The notes beneath the pieces were generated by a model. That model was not told where the DNA came from, ran no database searches, and was given only the letters and a program-made list of their open reading frames with translations. Shown here one piece after another: positions 7,318 to 16,181 of a stretch of DNA of 59,966 nucleotides (positions are counted from its first letter, which is position 1; every line of letters begins with the position of its first letter). The position numbers and the translations under genes are program-made. This stretch comes from an uncultured Candidatus Poseidoniales archaeon (GTDB lineage Archaea; Thermoplasmatota; Poseidoniia; Poseidoniales; Poseidoniaceae): assembly GCA_964014545.1 (NCBI GenBank), contig CAXGZX010000003.1:1-59966 (forward strand). The letters are read 5' to 3'.

Positions 7318-9420
7318 ATGGGCGAGGAACTCGAGCAGTCGGACGAGCCCATCGAAGAGGTTGATGTCGAGCAAAAAGCTAGAGACAAAATCACTCGCGA
7401 ATTAGAGGAAATTAGGCGTCGAAAAACCAAAACCAGTAAACGTAGATTCCTTTCTAACAAAGAAGATTACATATTATTTGCTGGAATTGGTTACGGGATA
7501 TTCTTTGCAGTATTGTTATTTGGTATGTCAAGTGGAATATTTGGCTCGTCGACCACCCTTGACTACAAAGCCTCTGAAACCTTCCTTGATACTGGTGACG
7601 AGTGCCAAAATATCGAAGATCAACCGTGGGTTCACATGTTCCCTGAGAATGATGCCGAATACTTTGACCTCTCTGGGAGAAATCTACCAGACGGCTATGC
7701 TTACATGAATTACACAATACTGAACTATGTTGGTGAGTCTTGGCTAGAAAATTCTACAGATGATACAATCATTCAGGTTTCGGGCGGCAAAAGCGAGTTT
7801 AGAGCTCCTTTTGATGAACTTGATGTCGGTGAATACCGAATTATTCTATTAGTGCAAGTCTACAATCAAAGCGATGATCTGGTCAATGCTTCCCTAATTG
7901 AAGGAGCTGAATCACTGTCCAAAGAGATAGATTTCGAACTCGAAGTTAAAGGTGGAGGTTTCTTTTCATTCCTACCGTTTGTCGACTCAGAATCTCACAG
8001 AGAAGTCACTATTTCAGACCCCGGCCCTCGAACATGTTGGACCACCAAAGATTTGGGTGAATGGGGATATCTCTTGATGGCTGCTGAACTTGGCGGCGGC
8101 AGAGAAACTGCAATGCTAACTGGAGGGACAGCAGGTATTCCAGCGTGGTGGATGGCTTTTATTTCACTGTCACTTTCTGCTGTTACTTTGCTGGTTATTT
8201 ATCCAGTTATGTACAAAATATATCATCAAGAAACCGACGACATATTGTCGAGGACTCACATTGCTAGAGTGGTCGAGGATATACTTGGTAAAACCTCAAA
8301 ACGATTGCACATTGATATTGATTGGGAATTATACAAATTGGAATCTAGAGAACTATCGATAGATATCATGGTACCATACAAAAACACAGACGGAACGCTC
8401 TCAGATAGTAAAGATATTCGTGCTGAAATCTTGCGGGAAGTGTTAGAAGAATTTGCCATCTTTAGAGTATTCAAACCAGTGCAACTAACTGTTAAGACAA
8501 TTGGAGTAAACCAAGCTATTGACTTTGAAAGTGGCGTTGGCATCGGTGCTGGCGCTGAAGGCGCTGATACTGAAGAAGAGCAAGATTATGCTTCATTCTT
8601 TTCCGAACTACACACTCTCTCTAGAGTTGAGGATGAAGTTAGAGATAGTCTAGACTTATTCTTTGCCAGAAGAACTGATGTTAGAATGGAAGGCGCTGTG
8701 GTAACTAGTGATGACAAAGTAATCTTTGTGTCGGTAATTTACAAACCAACTCAGCGATTTGCCTTCTTTAGATTTAAGAAGACTACTGATGAAGTGGAAG
8801 TGGAGTTATATCGATATATTTCAGATAGAAACGAAGATTTACTCGGCAGCCAAGAATTGATTGTAAAAGCAAGAAATCAAGTTTCTACATTGTCGGATAG
8901 ATCTGGTGCAGGAAGGGTCGAAAGTGGTGGCAAGAATGATGACAGAATTGTTGCTGTAGCAAAACAAGACGGACTTGGCGGCAAAATGTTGCAAACTAAT
9001 TTTATCGGCAACACGCTATCTACTGTAGAATACATGGCGAATGAGAAGCGTGAGATGATTAACAAATGGGGATTTTGGGGCCTAATTGTGTTTGTTTGGA
9101 TACCGTTTATGGCATCTGGCGTACTTGTCGGTGCAATGCTTGGACTACTGTCCAGAATGAAGTTCACCCGAGTACTTGCTGCAACATTCATCGGAGGAGC
9201 AGCGGCGTCTATTACTTGGGCCTATACCGCTGAAGGTATTGTTAAATTCATGCACCAATACAAATTAGAAGCGGTAATTCCATTGATAATTATCGTATTT
9301 GTTGGTGCGGCTTTCTTACATATTCGCTCGACTAAAGTCAGAAGACAAACAGAATTATTCGAAGACACTCTGCTAGACAATTTCCATGCAGATGTTGCAG
9401 CAAAATACGGAGAACATTGA
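7318..9420 (+). CDS. large membrane protein with C-terminal small-multidrug-export (COG2426-like) domain
   Basis: ORF-track start 7189 overlaps the tRNA, so ATG 7318 (MGEELEQ) preferred; C-terminal WGFWGLIVFVWIPFMASGVLVGAMLGLL...TFIGGAAA resembles Sm_multidrug_ex. Confidence 0.75.
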   Translation: MGEELEQSDEPIEEVDVEQKARDKITRELEEIRRRKTKTSKRRFLSNKEDYILFAGIGYGIFFAVLLFGMSSGIFGSSTTLDYKASETFLDTGDECQNIEDQPWVHMFPENDAEYFDLSGRNLPDGYAYMNYTILNYVGESWLENSTDDTIIQVSGGKSEFRAPFDELDVGEYRIILLVQVYNQSDDLVNASLIEGAESLSKEIDFELEVKGGGFFSFLPFVDSESHREVTISDPGPRTCWTTKDLGEWGYLLMAAELGGGRETAMLTGGTAGIPAWWMAFISLSLSAVTLLVIYPVMYKIYHQETDDILSRTHIARVVEDILGKTSKRLHIDIDWELYKLESRELSIDIMVPYKNTDGTLSDSKDIRAEILREVLEEFAIFRVFKPVQLTVKTIGVNQAIDFESGVGIGAGAEGADTEEEQDYASFFSELHTLSRVEDEVRDSLDLFFARRTDVRMEGAVVTSDDKVIFVSVIYKPTQRFAFFRFKKTTDEVEVELYRYISDRNEDLLGSQELIVKARNQVSTLSDRSGAGRVESGGKNDDRIVAVAKQDGLGGKMLQTNFIGNTLSTVEYMANEKREMINKWGFWGLIVFVWIPFMASGVLVGAMLGLLSRMKFTRVLAATFIGGAAASITWAYTAEGIVKFMHQYKLEAVIPLIIIVFVGAAFLHIRSTKVRRQTELFEDTLLDNFHADVAAKYGEH

Positions 9421-9432
9421 TTCGGTGGTCTT

Positions 9433-10017
9433 TTGGATACGCAAACAATTATTCAGGGAATTAGCGGCAATTGTGGCGACTTGGCTAGAATTGGCATCAT
9501 TACTGTCAGCGATAGGGCTAGTTCTGGTGAGTACCAAGATGAAGGTGGGCCGGCAATTTTACAATTTTTCAAGGAAGCGATAGTCAGTCCTGTAGAAATT
9601 AATTATTCATGTATAGCTGACGAACAAGTAATGATTGAACGCGAAATTATCCGGATGTGTGATGATTTAGGCTGCTCTGTTGTTGTTACCACCGGAGGAA
9701 CAGGACCCGCTTCAAGAGATGTAACTCCTGAAGCAACTGCAGCGGTATGCAACAAGATTCTAGACGGCTTTGGCGAACAGATGCGGGCAATATCACTGCA
9801 GTACGTACCCACTGCTATATTATCAAGACAAATTGGCGGCATTAGAGGGAGCAGTTTGGTGTTCAATCTACCTGGCAGGCCTAAATCAATAAGAGAAACT
9901 ATTGACGTAATTTGGCGTGCAGTACCTTATTGTGTAGACTTAATCGGTGGTCCTTATATCGATATGAACGACACAGTTTGTCAAGCATTTAGACCCAAAG
10001 AGTCTAGCAGAAGATGA
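9433..10017 (+). CDS. mogA: molybdopterin adenylyltransferase MogA
   Basis: IITVSDRA, DEGGPA, TTGGTGPASRDVTPEAT, GFGEQMRAISL..VPTAILSRQ, NLPGRPKSI, AVPYCVDLIGGPYI. Confidence 0.9.
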   Translation: MDTQTIIQGISGNCGDLARIGIITVSDRASSGEYQDEGGPAILQFFKEAIVSPVEINYSCIADEQVMIEREIIRMCDDLGCSVVVTTGGTGPASRDVTPEATAAVCNKILDGFGEQMRAISLQYVPTAILSRQIGGIRGSSLVFNLPGRPKSIRETIDVIWRAVPYCVDLIGGPYIDMNDTVCQAFRPKESSRR

Positions 10018-10068
10018 CCTTAAAGTTCATTCATTACCGACATTCCCCCACATTTAGGAACCGATACT

Positions 10069-11475
10069 ATGACTGGAAATATTTTAATCAGCGGAGCAAC
10101 GATGGTCTTGCCTGAAACTACCAAATTAGGTGATTTACGCATATCTGACGGTATAATCACCGAAGTATCTGGCCCAGGGACTTTGGAAAGCCATGACGGT
10201 GAAATGTTTGTTGACGGAACTGGATTGCATTTACTGCCAGGATGTATTGATCCTCAAGTGCATTTTAGAGACCCCGGGCAACCGGAAAAAGAGGACTTAG
10301 GAAGTGGGTCAGCAGCTGCGGTAAGCGGTGGCATTACTTCGTTCCTAGATATGCCGAATAATGTCCCTTCGATTACCACGCTGGAAGGCATGCAAGGAAA
10401 ACTTGACACCGCAGCAAAAAAATGTGTAAATAATTACGGGTTCTTTATTGGTGCCACTGAGGATAATGTCTCGGACTTACAAGATGCTGTTGGCACCAAA
10501 GACAAGCCAATTGCTATACCTGGTATTTGTGGTATCAAGATTTTCATGGGCGTATCAACTGGAACTTTGCTAGTCTCCGATAAAGGTGCACTCGAACGAA
10601 TATTCACTGAAACTGCTGGACTAATTGCAGTACATGCAGAAGATGAAGACAGAATGAATGAGCGTCGTAAACTAATTCAAGGACGTACCGATGTTGCCGC
10701 TCATGCATACTACAGAGACGACATCACCGCATTATTAGCAACCAAGTTATCTGTTGAATTAGCCATTAAAACTGGCCATAGATTACACATTCTCCATCTA
10801 ACATCTGGCATTGAGGCAGATTATTTGGCCGACTATTGCTCACTACCATCTAAGGCTGAACAACATCCTATCATCACCACAGAAGTGTTACCTCAGCATT
10901 TGACTTTTGATGAGACTGATGTTGATGAACAGGGTGTTAGACTACAGATGAACCCCCCGATAAGATATGCAGCCGATAGAGAAATTCTGTGGTCAAGATT
11001 AAGAGATGGTACGATTCAATGTATTGCTACTGACCACGCTCCACATACTCTTGAAGATAAGGCAAAAGGCTTCCCTAGTGCTCCTAGCGGAATGCCAGGC
11101 GTTGAAACCTCATTGTCTGTTATGCTAACTAATGTCAATGACGGTAAGTGCTCTTTAGAAGATGTAGTACGTTGGATGTCAACTGATGTTGCTGATTGCT
11201 ATCAAATGATAGGCAAGGGGAAATTAGAGGTCGGCTATGATGGTGATATCGTCCTTGTTGACATGGCTGCAAAAGCAGTAGTTGAAGATAAAAACTCATG
11301 GGCAAGAGTCGGATGGAATCCGTTTAGAGGGCGTGAACTGACCGGGTGGCCTGTCTTGACTGTCGTTGAGGGTACTCCAGTGTTTGAAAGATCTCCAGTA
11401 ACTGGCCAAAAAGGCAGATTACTAGTTGAGCCTGGCTCAGTTGGTAAACCAATCTTGATGAGCCCTTGGAACTAG
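10069..11475 (+). CDS. pyrC: dihydroorotase-like cyclic amidohydrolase
   Basis: DPQVHFRDPG, GGITSFLDMPN, GIKIFM, HAED, HILHLT, MNPPIR, IATDHAPH, SGMPGVET. Confidence 0.8.
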   Translation: MTGNILISGATMVLPETTKLGDLRISDGIITEVSGPGTLESHDGEMFVDGTGLHLLPGCIDPQVHFRDPGQPEKEDLGSGSAAAVSGGITSFLDMPNNVPSITTLEGMQGKLDTAAKKCVNNYGFFIGATEDNVSDLQDAVGTKDKPIAIPGICGIKIFMGVSTGTLLVSDKGALERIFTETAGLIAVHAEDEDRMNERRKLIQGRTDVAAHAYYRDDITALLATKLSVELAIKTGHRLHILHLTSGIEADYLADYCSLPSKAEQHPIITTEVLPQHLTFDETDVDEQGVRLQMNPPIRYAADREILWSRLRDGTIQCIATDHAPHTLEDKAKGFPSAPSGMPGVETSLSVMLTNVNDGKCSLEDVVRWMSTDVADCYQMIGKGKLEVGYDGDIVLVDMAAKAVVEDKNSWARVGWNPFRGRELTGWPVLTVVEGTPVFERSPVTGQKGRLLVEPGSVGKPILMSPWN

Positions 11476-11552
11476 CCAAAATGCGCAAAAAAGCCGGTTT
11501 TATTGAAATAAGGATAAATAGTAACCCGCTAATTTCGCCGTGAGGAGAAAAC

Positions 11553-11852
11553 ATGAGCGAACTAGAAAAAACTCTCGGCAGCGGTTACCAGCAAATTATA
11601 ATTGGATTCGTAGTATTCATATTAGGAGCATTTTGGGGCGGAATAGAAGCAGATGGCACTATGACTGCTGCAGACGTATATTGGCCGGCACTAACTATGC
11701 TGGCTGGTGGAATGATTACCATGCTTGGAATATCATTTGGCAGCGACCATGAAGATGACAGAACCAACGATTTAATGGATGCAATCAACGACTTGACAGC
11801 CAGACTAGACAAACTTGTTGCTATGGGTTCTGGAAAGGACTCTGAAGAGTAG
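11553..11852 (+). CDS. small membrane protein (2 TM plus coiled C-terminus)
   Basis: GAGGAG RBS just upstream of ATG; two hydrophobic helices; abuts the convergent M32 gene. Confidence 0.75.
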   Translation: MSELEKTLGSGYQQIIIGFVVFILGAFWGGIEADGTMTAADVYWPALTMLAGGMITMLGISFGSDHEDDRTNDLMDAINDLTARLDKLVAMGSGKDSEE

Positions 11853-13352
11853 TTAAGTTAGATTGTATAATTTTGAATACTTTGATTCAACGTAATCAAT
11901 GAACGGTTGAGGAGTCGGCGGTACTCCAGTTGCTTGCTCAATTAGTTCACTAGGTGTCAATTTACTGCCCTGGAGATGGATTTTTGGCCTTAACCAGTCA
12001 AGCATCGGCGACCAGTCGCCAGTCTCGATTAGTTCGTCAACATCACCTATTTCTTGGCTCATGGCTTCAAGGAGTTGGGCAGCGTATAGATTACCCAACG
12101 TATAGGTCGGGAAATATCCAAATGCACCCATGGACCAATGGATATCTTGTAGACAACCCAAACGGTCTTCTGGGACTTCTAGGCCAAACCATTCGTTAAA
12201 CATCTGATTCCAAGTATTTGGTATGTCTTTAACTGATAAGTTTTCATTAAAGATTTTCTTTTCTAATTCATAACGCAACATAATATGTAGATTATAGGTT
12301 ACTTCATCTGCTTCAACTCGAATAAATCCGGGCTCGACACAATTAGCAATTTTGTTTAATTCATCCGGAGTCCACTCGGGCGAGTTGGGAAACTGTTGTT
12401 TAAACCAAGGTAAAACCACTTTCCAAAATGCTGGAGTCCTACCAATTTGATTCTCCCAAAAACGACTTTGAGATTCGTGAACACCCAAGGATACTGCATC
12501 GCCGCGAGGGGTAAATGAATGGTTGGCGTCAAGACCTTGTTCATACAATGCGTGGCCTGTTTCATGCATAACTGCGTACAAACAGGAAAATGGGTCCTGT
12601 TCGTCAAATCGTGTTGTAAATCGAGTATCTCCAGGCCATAGTCCCGCTGAAAATGGATGGGTTGAGGCGTCCATTCTACCGGCTTCAAAATCAAAGCCCA
12701 TAGCATTGGAAACTAACTTGCAAAATTCTGTTTGGGCTTCAACTGGAAATGTTATGTCGTTTGGTAGTGTTGGATCTGGGTTGATTTTCTTAGCTTCCAT
12801 GATGTTCTGCAACAACGGCACTAATCTGCTTTTTAGGCCAGCAAATAGTGGATCATAGTCACTCACTTTCATGCCAAATTCATACTCATCTAGTAAAACG
12901 TCATACCTAGTTGTGTCAACCCCGTAATAGTCTATTTTTTGATTGGTCATTTCGACCAACTTTTCTAAATGAGGTTGAAACATCGAAAAATCAGAAGCAG
13001 CACGTGCTTCTTGCCAGGCAACCAAAGCTTGGGAACGGGCCAAAGCATACTTAGCGACAAATTCTGATGGCAACTTTACCGCTTTGTCATACCTGCGTCT
13101 TGATTCTCTTACATTCGCAAGTTGGTTTTCATCCAAATCTGTTGATTTTTCTAGTTCGGTAATCATTTCTCCAAAATCAGTGGCTGTAACTCTAGCATGT
13201 TGCTCCTTAGCAAGCCATGAAAGTATTTCTGACCTTGCTCCTGCCCCTTTTGGGGGCATAATTGTCTCTTGGTCCCAACCAAGGTGACCTTGTATTGCAC
13301 CGATTTTGTGTATTTCTTTTACCTTCTCAATGAATAATTGGTAACTCGCCAT
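11853..13352 (-). CDS. carboxypeptidase M32 (Taq/Pfu type)
   Basis: WDQETIMP, HPFS, HETGHALYEQG (HEXXH), HESQSRFWEN, IRVEADEVTYNLH, GCLQDIHW, GYFPTYTLGN. Confidence 0.95.
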   Translation of the reverse strand: MASYQLFIEKVKEIHKIGAIQGHLGWDQETIMPPKGAGARSEILSWLAKEQHARVTATDFGEMITELEKSTDLDENQLANVRESRRRYDKAVKLPSEFVAKYALARSQALVAWQEARAASDFSMFQPHLEKLVEMTNQKIDYYGVDTTRYDVLLDEYEFGMKVSDYDPLFAGLKSRLVPLLQNIMEAKKINPDPTLPNDITFPVEAQTEFCKLVSNAMGFDFEAGRMDASTHPFSAGLWPGDTRFTTRFDEQDPFSCLYAVMHETGHALYEQGLDANHSFTPRGDAVSLGVHESQSRFWENQIGRTPAFWKVVLPWFKQQFPNSPEWTPDELNKIANCVEPGFIRVEADEVTYNLHIMLRYELEKKIFNENLSVKDIPNTWNQMFNEWFGLEVPEDRLGCLQDIHWSMGAFGYFPTYTLGNLYAAQLLEAMSQEIGDVDELIETGDWSPMLDWLRPKIHLQGSKLTPSELIEQATGVPPTPQPFIDYVESKYSKLYNLT

Positions 13353-13446
13353 ATTACTTGGACAAAAATCACCCTCAAGAACTTAACCACTGGAAAGTTG
13401 TTAACGTCGCACACACATTGAAGACCTCTTTTGTTATGCATCATCC

Positions 13447-14574
13447 ATGGCGAGGAAAAAACAGGATATTCCTGAAGAAACTCCCCATGATTCACAAACC
13501 GACTTGAATGAGATGGTTGACTCTGTTATCCAAGCCGAAGTGGCTTCAAGTGATAATAATCAAGAAACACAGCAAGAGGATTCTATCGATGAATTATTGG
13601 CAGGATCTGCCAAAATGGTTGTCGAAACCTGCATGGATATTCGCAGAGGTGAAAATGTGTTAATTGTCTGTGATCCCACAACTGGTGAAATCGGCCAAGC
13701 ACTGCATGAAGCAACCATTGAGAAATCTGAACGTGTCCTACTCATTGTGATGCCAAAAGCCAAGCATCATGGAGAAGAACCCCCAGCTCCGGTTGCTAAT
13801 TTAATGCGCCAGCAGCAGGTTATTTTAGCGCCAACAAAATACTCTCTTACTCATACTAAAGCTGTCAGGCAGGCGCTTAGAGATGGTGCTAGAGTCGCCA
13901 CTATGCCAGGTATAACTGTCGATATGTTTACTCACGGCGGAATGGCTGCAGATTTTAACAATGTTAAGAAAAGGATTAGTAACTTGGGGCCGCATTTTCG
14001 AAGACGGAGAATCGTTAATGTAAAATCAAAGCTCGGTACTGAAATCACCTTTGAGGTAAATTGGCGTGAATGGAAATTAGATGATAATGGAATCTGTAAC
14101 CGGCCAAGAATGCTTACTAACCTTCCTGCAGGAAAAGCGTTCATAATGCCAAGAGAAGGCACTATGAATGGAACTTTGATTATCAACGGTTCATGGGATT
14201 CAACACTACTTGACCAAAATATCGAATTACAAATAGAAAATGGTATTGTTATTGATGTAAAAGGCGGTACTATTGCTGCTAACATCAGGCAAGAATTCGG
14301 CGAAGTTGCCAAAAAATTACGCAGCAAAGACCGAGAAAATGTATGGACTGTTGCTGAATTTGGTTTTGGCATGAACGACCAAGCACGTATGGGAGGTAAT
14401 GTCCTAGAAGATGAAAAGCGACTTGGCACCTGTTACTTCTCTATTGGCGATAACACTGCATTAGGTGGGACTTCAGCTGTTGGAATTCATATCCCTGGGG
14501 TGCTTACTGGCGCCAGTGTATGGCTTGACGATTCACAAATTCTACAAGATGGTGAATTTGTGCTAGATATTTAA
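13447..14574 (+). CDS. aminopeptidase, thermophilic metalloprotease M29 / leucyl aminopeptidase family
   Basis: GENVLIVCD, NLPAGKAFIMP, AEFGFGMN, EDEKRLGTCYFSIGDN..GG...GIHI; some canonical metal-ligand positions look altered (K for E in NLPAGK; PG where HxD is expected). Confidence 0.75.
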   Translation: MARKKQDIPEETPHDSQTDLNEMVDSVIQAEVASSDNNQETQQEDSIDELLAGSAKMVVETCMDIRRGENVLIVCDPTTGEIGQALHEATIEKSERVLLIVMPKAKHHGEEPPAPVANLMRQQQVILAPTKYSLTHTKAVRQALRDGARVATMPGITVDMFTHGGMAADFNNVKKRISNLGPHFRRRRIVNVKSKLGTEITFEVNWREWKLDDNGICNRPRMLTNLPAGKAFIMPREGTMNGTLIINGSWDSTLLDQNIELQIENGIVIDVKGGTIAANIRQEFGEVAKKLRSKDRENVWTVAEFGFGMNDQARMGGNVLEDEKRLGTCYFSIGDNTALGGTSAVGIHIPGVLTGASVWLDDSQILQDGEFVLDI

Positions 14575-16122
14575 TCAGCCTAAATTTTGGCCACCGCACA
14601 CAGGACAAAACCGCCAGTATGGGTCAATACCAATGCCGCAACTGCGACAAGTAACTCCAGAACGAATTGTTGGTTGTACTGGCTGATTCCATTGTTGTGG
14701 TGGTGCTTGATTGATTGGTGGTGGCCGATTAATCGGTTGTTGTCTGATAACTGGTTGAGGATTAACGTTTTGAGGAGGTATTGGTCTAGCAATAGGTTGT
14801 TGGGGGAATGCTTGTTGAGTTTGTGGGTGGTTTTCTGGTATGACTGGAGATTGTTGGACAGTCTTGGACTGGTCACCGAGGCTAACTGGGCGTCGTACTG
14901 GGGCAACAGGTTTTGGTAGATTTGACGCGACTTTTTCAACTACTGGTGAGGCGACAAATTCTGAAAGTGACATTGACCCATCCTCATCCAGGTCAGCAGA
15001 GTCATGAAGTTCTTCGGCTTCTTCAATTGACAAACCAGTCGCTTGTGACAACTCTTCAACTGATAAGGTGCCATCTCCATCGGTATCTGATTGAATAAAC
15101 ATCTCAGCTGCGCTGACAAATGGTTCTTCTGTTTCTTGTTCCTCTACAACCATTTCTTCTGCAGCAGGCTCAGTCACGACTTCGTCTACGATTTCCTCTA
15201 CAACCTGATCGACCTGCACAGATTCTTCATGTTCTAAGGTTTCAGTTTCTGTTGCTATGCCAAATGCACCCTCAAAAGCATTTTCAGTGGCTTTTGCAGC
15301 TTTTCGGTCAGTGAGTTCTGACTCAATGATTGTCTCAACTTTCTCTTCTATTATTGCTACTGGTTTTGACTGGCCTGGTAAAGGAACTGAAGATATTGGA
15401 TCGTCTTCTATGACAATTGGTACCGCTTCTATTTGTGGCAATTTTGTCGCTTGTTCTGTTTGTTGTGTTACGGTTGATTCCGGCTTTTTGGCAGTCAAAG
15501 GTGGGACACTAATTACCTTGGACAAATCTATAGATGAACTTGCTAATACCGAAATTGGCAAAGTATGACCGATGACGTCTAATGATGCCTCGAACTCTTC
15601 TGCAATGTTGGTTAATGTTACTACATTTGATTCAACATTTAGCATCAAATCACTCATTGTCAAGTAATATTTCATCACTTCTTGGGAACCACCAGTATTA
15701 TTTGCAATGGCTAAAACTTTGAGTATATTCATTGGATCTGCAATCCTGTTGAGCGAATCAAATTGGTTTTGGTCAATATTTGGCTTAGCATTTGGCGAAT
15801 CTTCACCGAGTGAATTTGGCAAACCAAGATAATGTAGAATCGGGTCGCTGAAACTCATTAAGCCAAGATGACCGGATACAAGATAGTAAATCTCGCCACC
15901 CTCGCAATTAAGTGCTTGACTGGCTTTTTCAAAGTCAAACTCACCTGGTTTCAAGATGATATCTGAAACCATGCTAAAAAATTGACCAATCGATTGATTG
16001 CGCTCCATCGACATCAATGTATGAACGATGTCTGATGACTCAGTTACACCGAAATAAGCTGCGGCCTCATCGACCTCAATTCCATCTGGTAGAGATGCGC
16101 CTTCTAGTACTGGTTCAGCCAC
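14575..16122 (-). CDS. acidic protein with EF-hand pair, Q/P-rich linker and C-terminal zinc ribbon
   Basis: GGGGTGA RBS before GTG; EF loops DTDGDGTLSVEE and DLDEDGSMSLSE; CRSC...CPVC at the C-terminus. Confidence 0.8.
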   Translation of the reverse strand: MAEPVLEGASLPDGIEVDEAAAYFGVTESSDIVHTLMSMERNQSIGQFFSMVSDIILKPGEFDFEKASQALNCEGGEIYYLVSGHLGLMSFSDPILHYLGLPNSLGEDSPNAKPNIDQNQFDSLNRIADPMNILKVLAIANNTGGSQEVMKYYLTMSDLMLNVESNVVTLTNIAEEFEASLDVIGHTLPISVLASSSIDLSKVISVPPLTAKKPESTVTQQTEQATKLPQIEAVPIVIEDDPISSVPLPGQSKPVAIIEEKVETIIESELTDRKAAKATENAFEGAFGIATETETLEHEESVQVDQVVEEIVDEVVTEPAAEEMVVEEQETEEPFVSAAEMFIQSDTDGDGTLSVEELSQATGLSIEEAEELHDSADLDEDGSMSLSEFVASPVVEKVASNLPKPVAPVRRPVSLGDQSKTVQQSPVIPENHPQTQQAFPQQPIARPIPPQNVNPQPVIRQQPINRPPPINQAPPQQWNQPVQPTIRSGVTCRSCGIGIDPYWRFCPVCGGQNLG

Positions 16123-16181
16123 ATAATCACCCCAATATTTTGCCCTATCCTCTCACCTATGAAAAGTCATACCTCAAGTAT

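Noticed and set aside
11853-14574. Divergent M32 and M29 peptidase pair
   Set aside because: Consistent with the known proteolytic lifestyle of marine euryarchaea; nothing unusual beyond co-location
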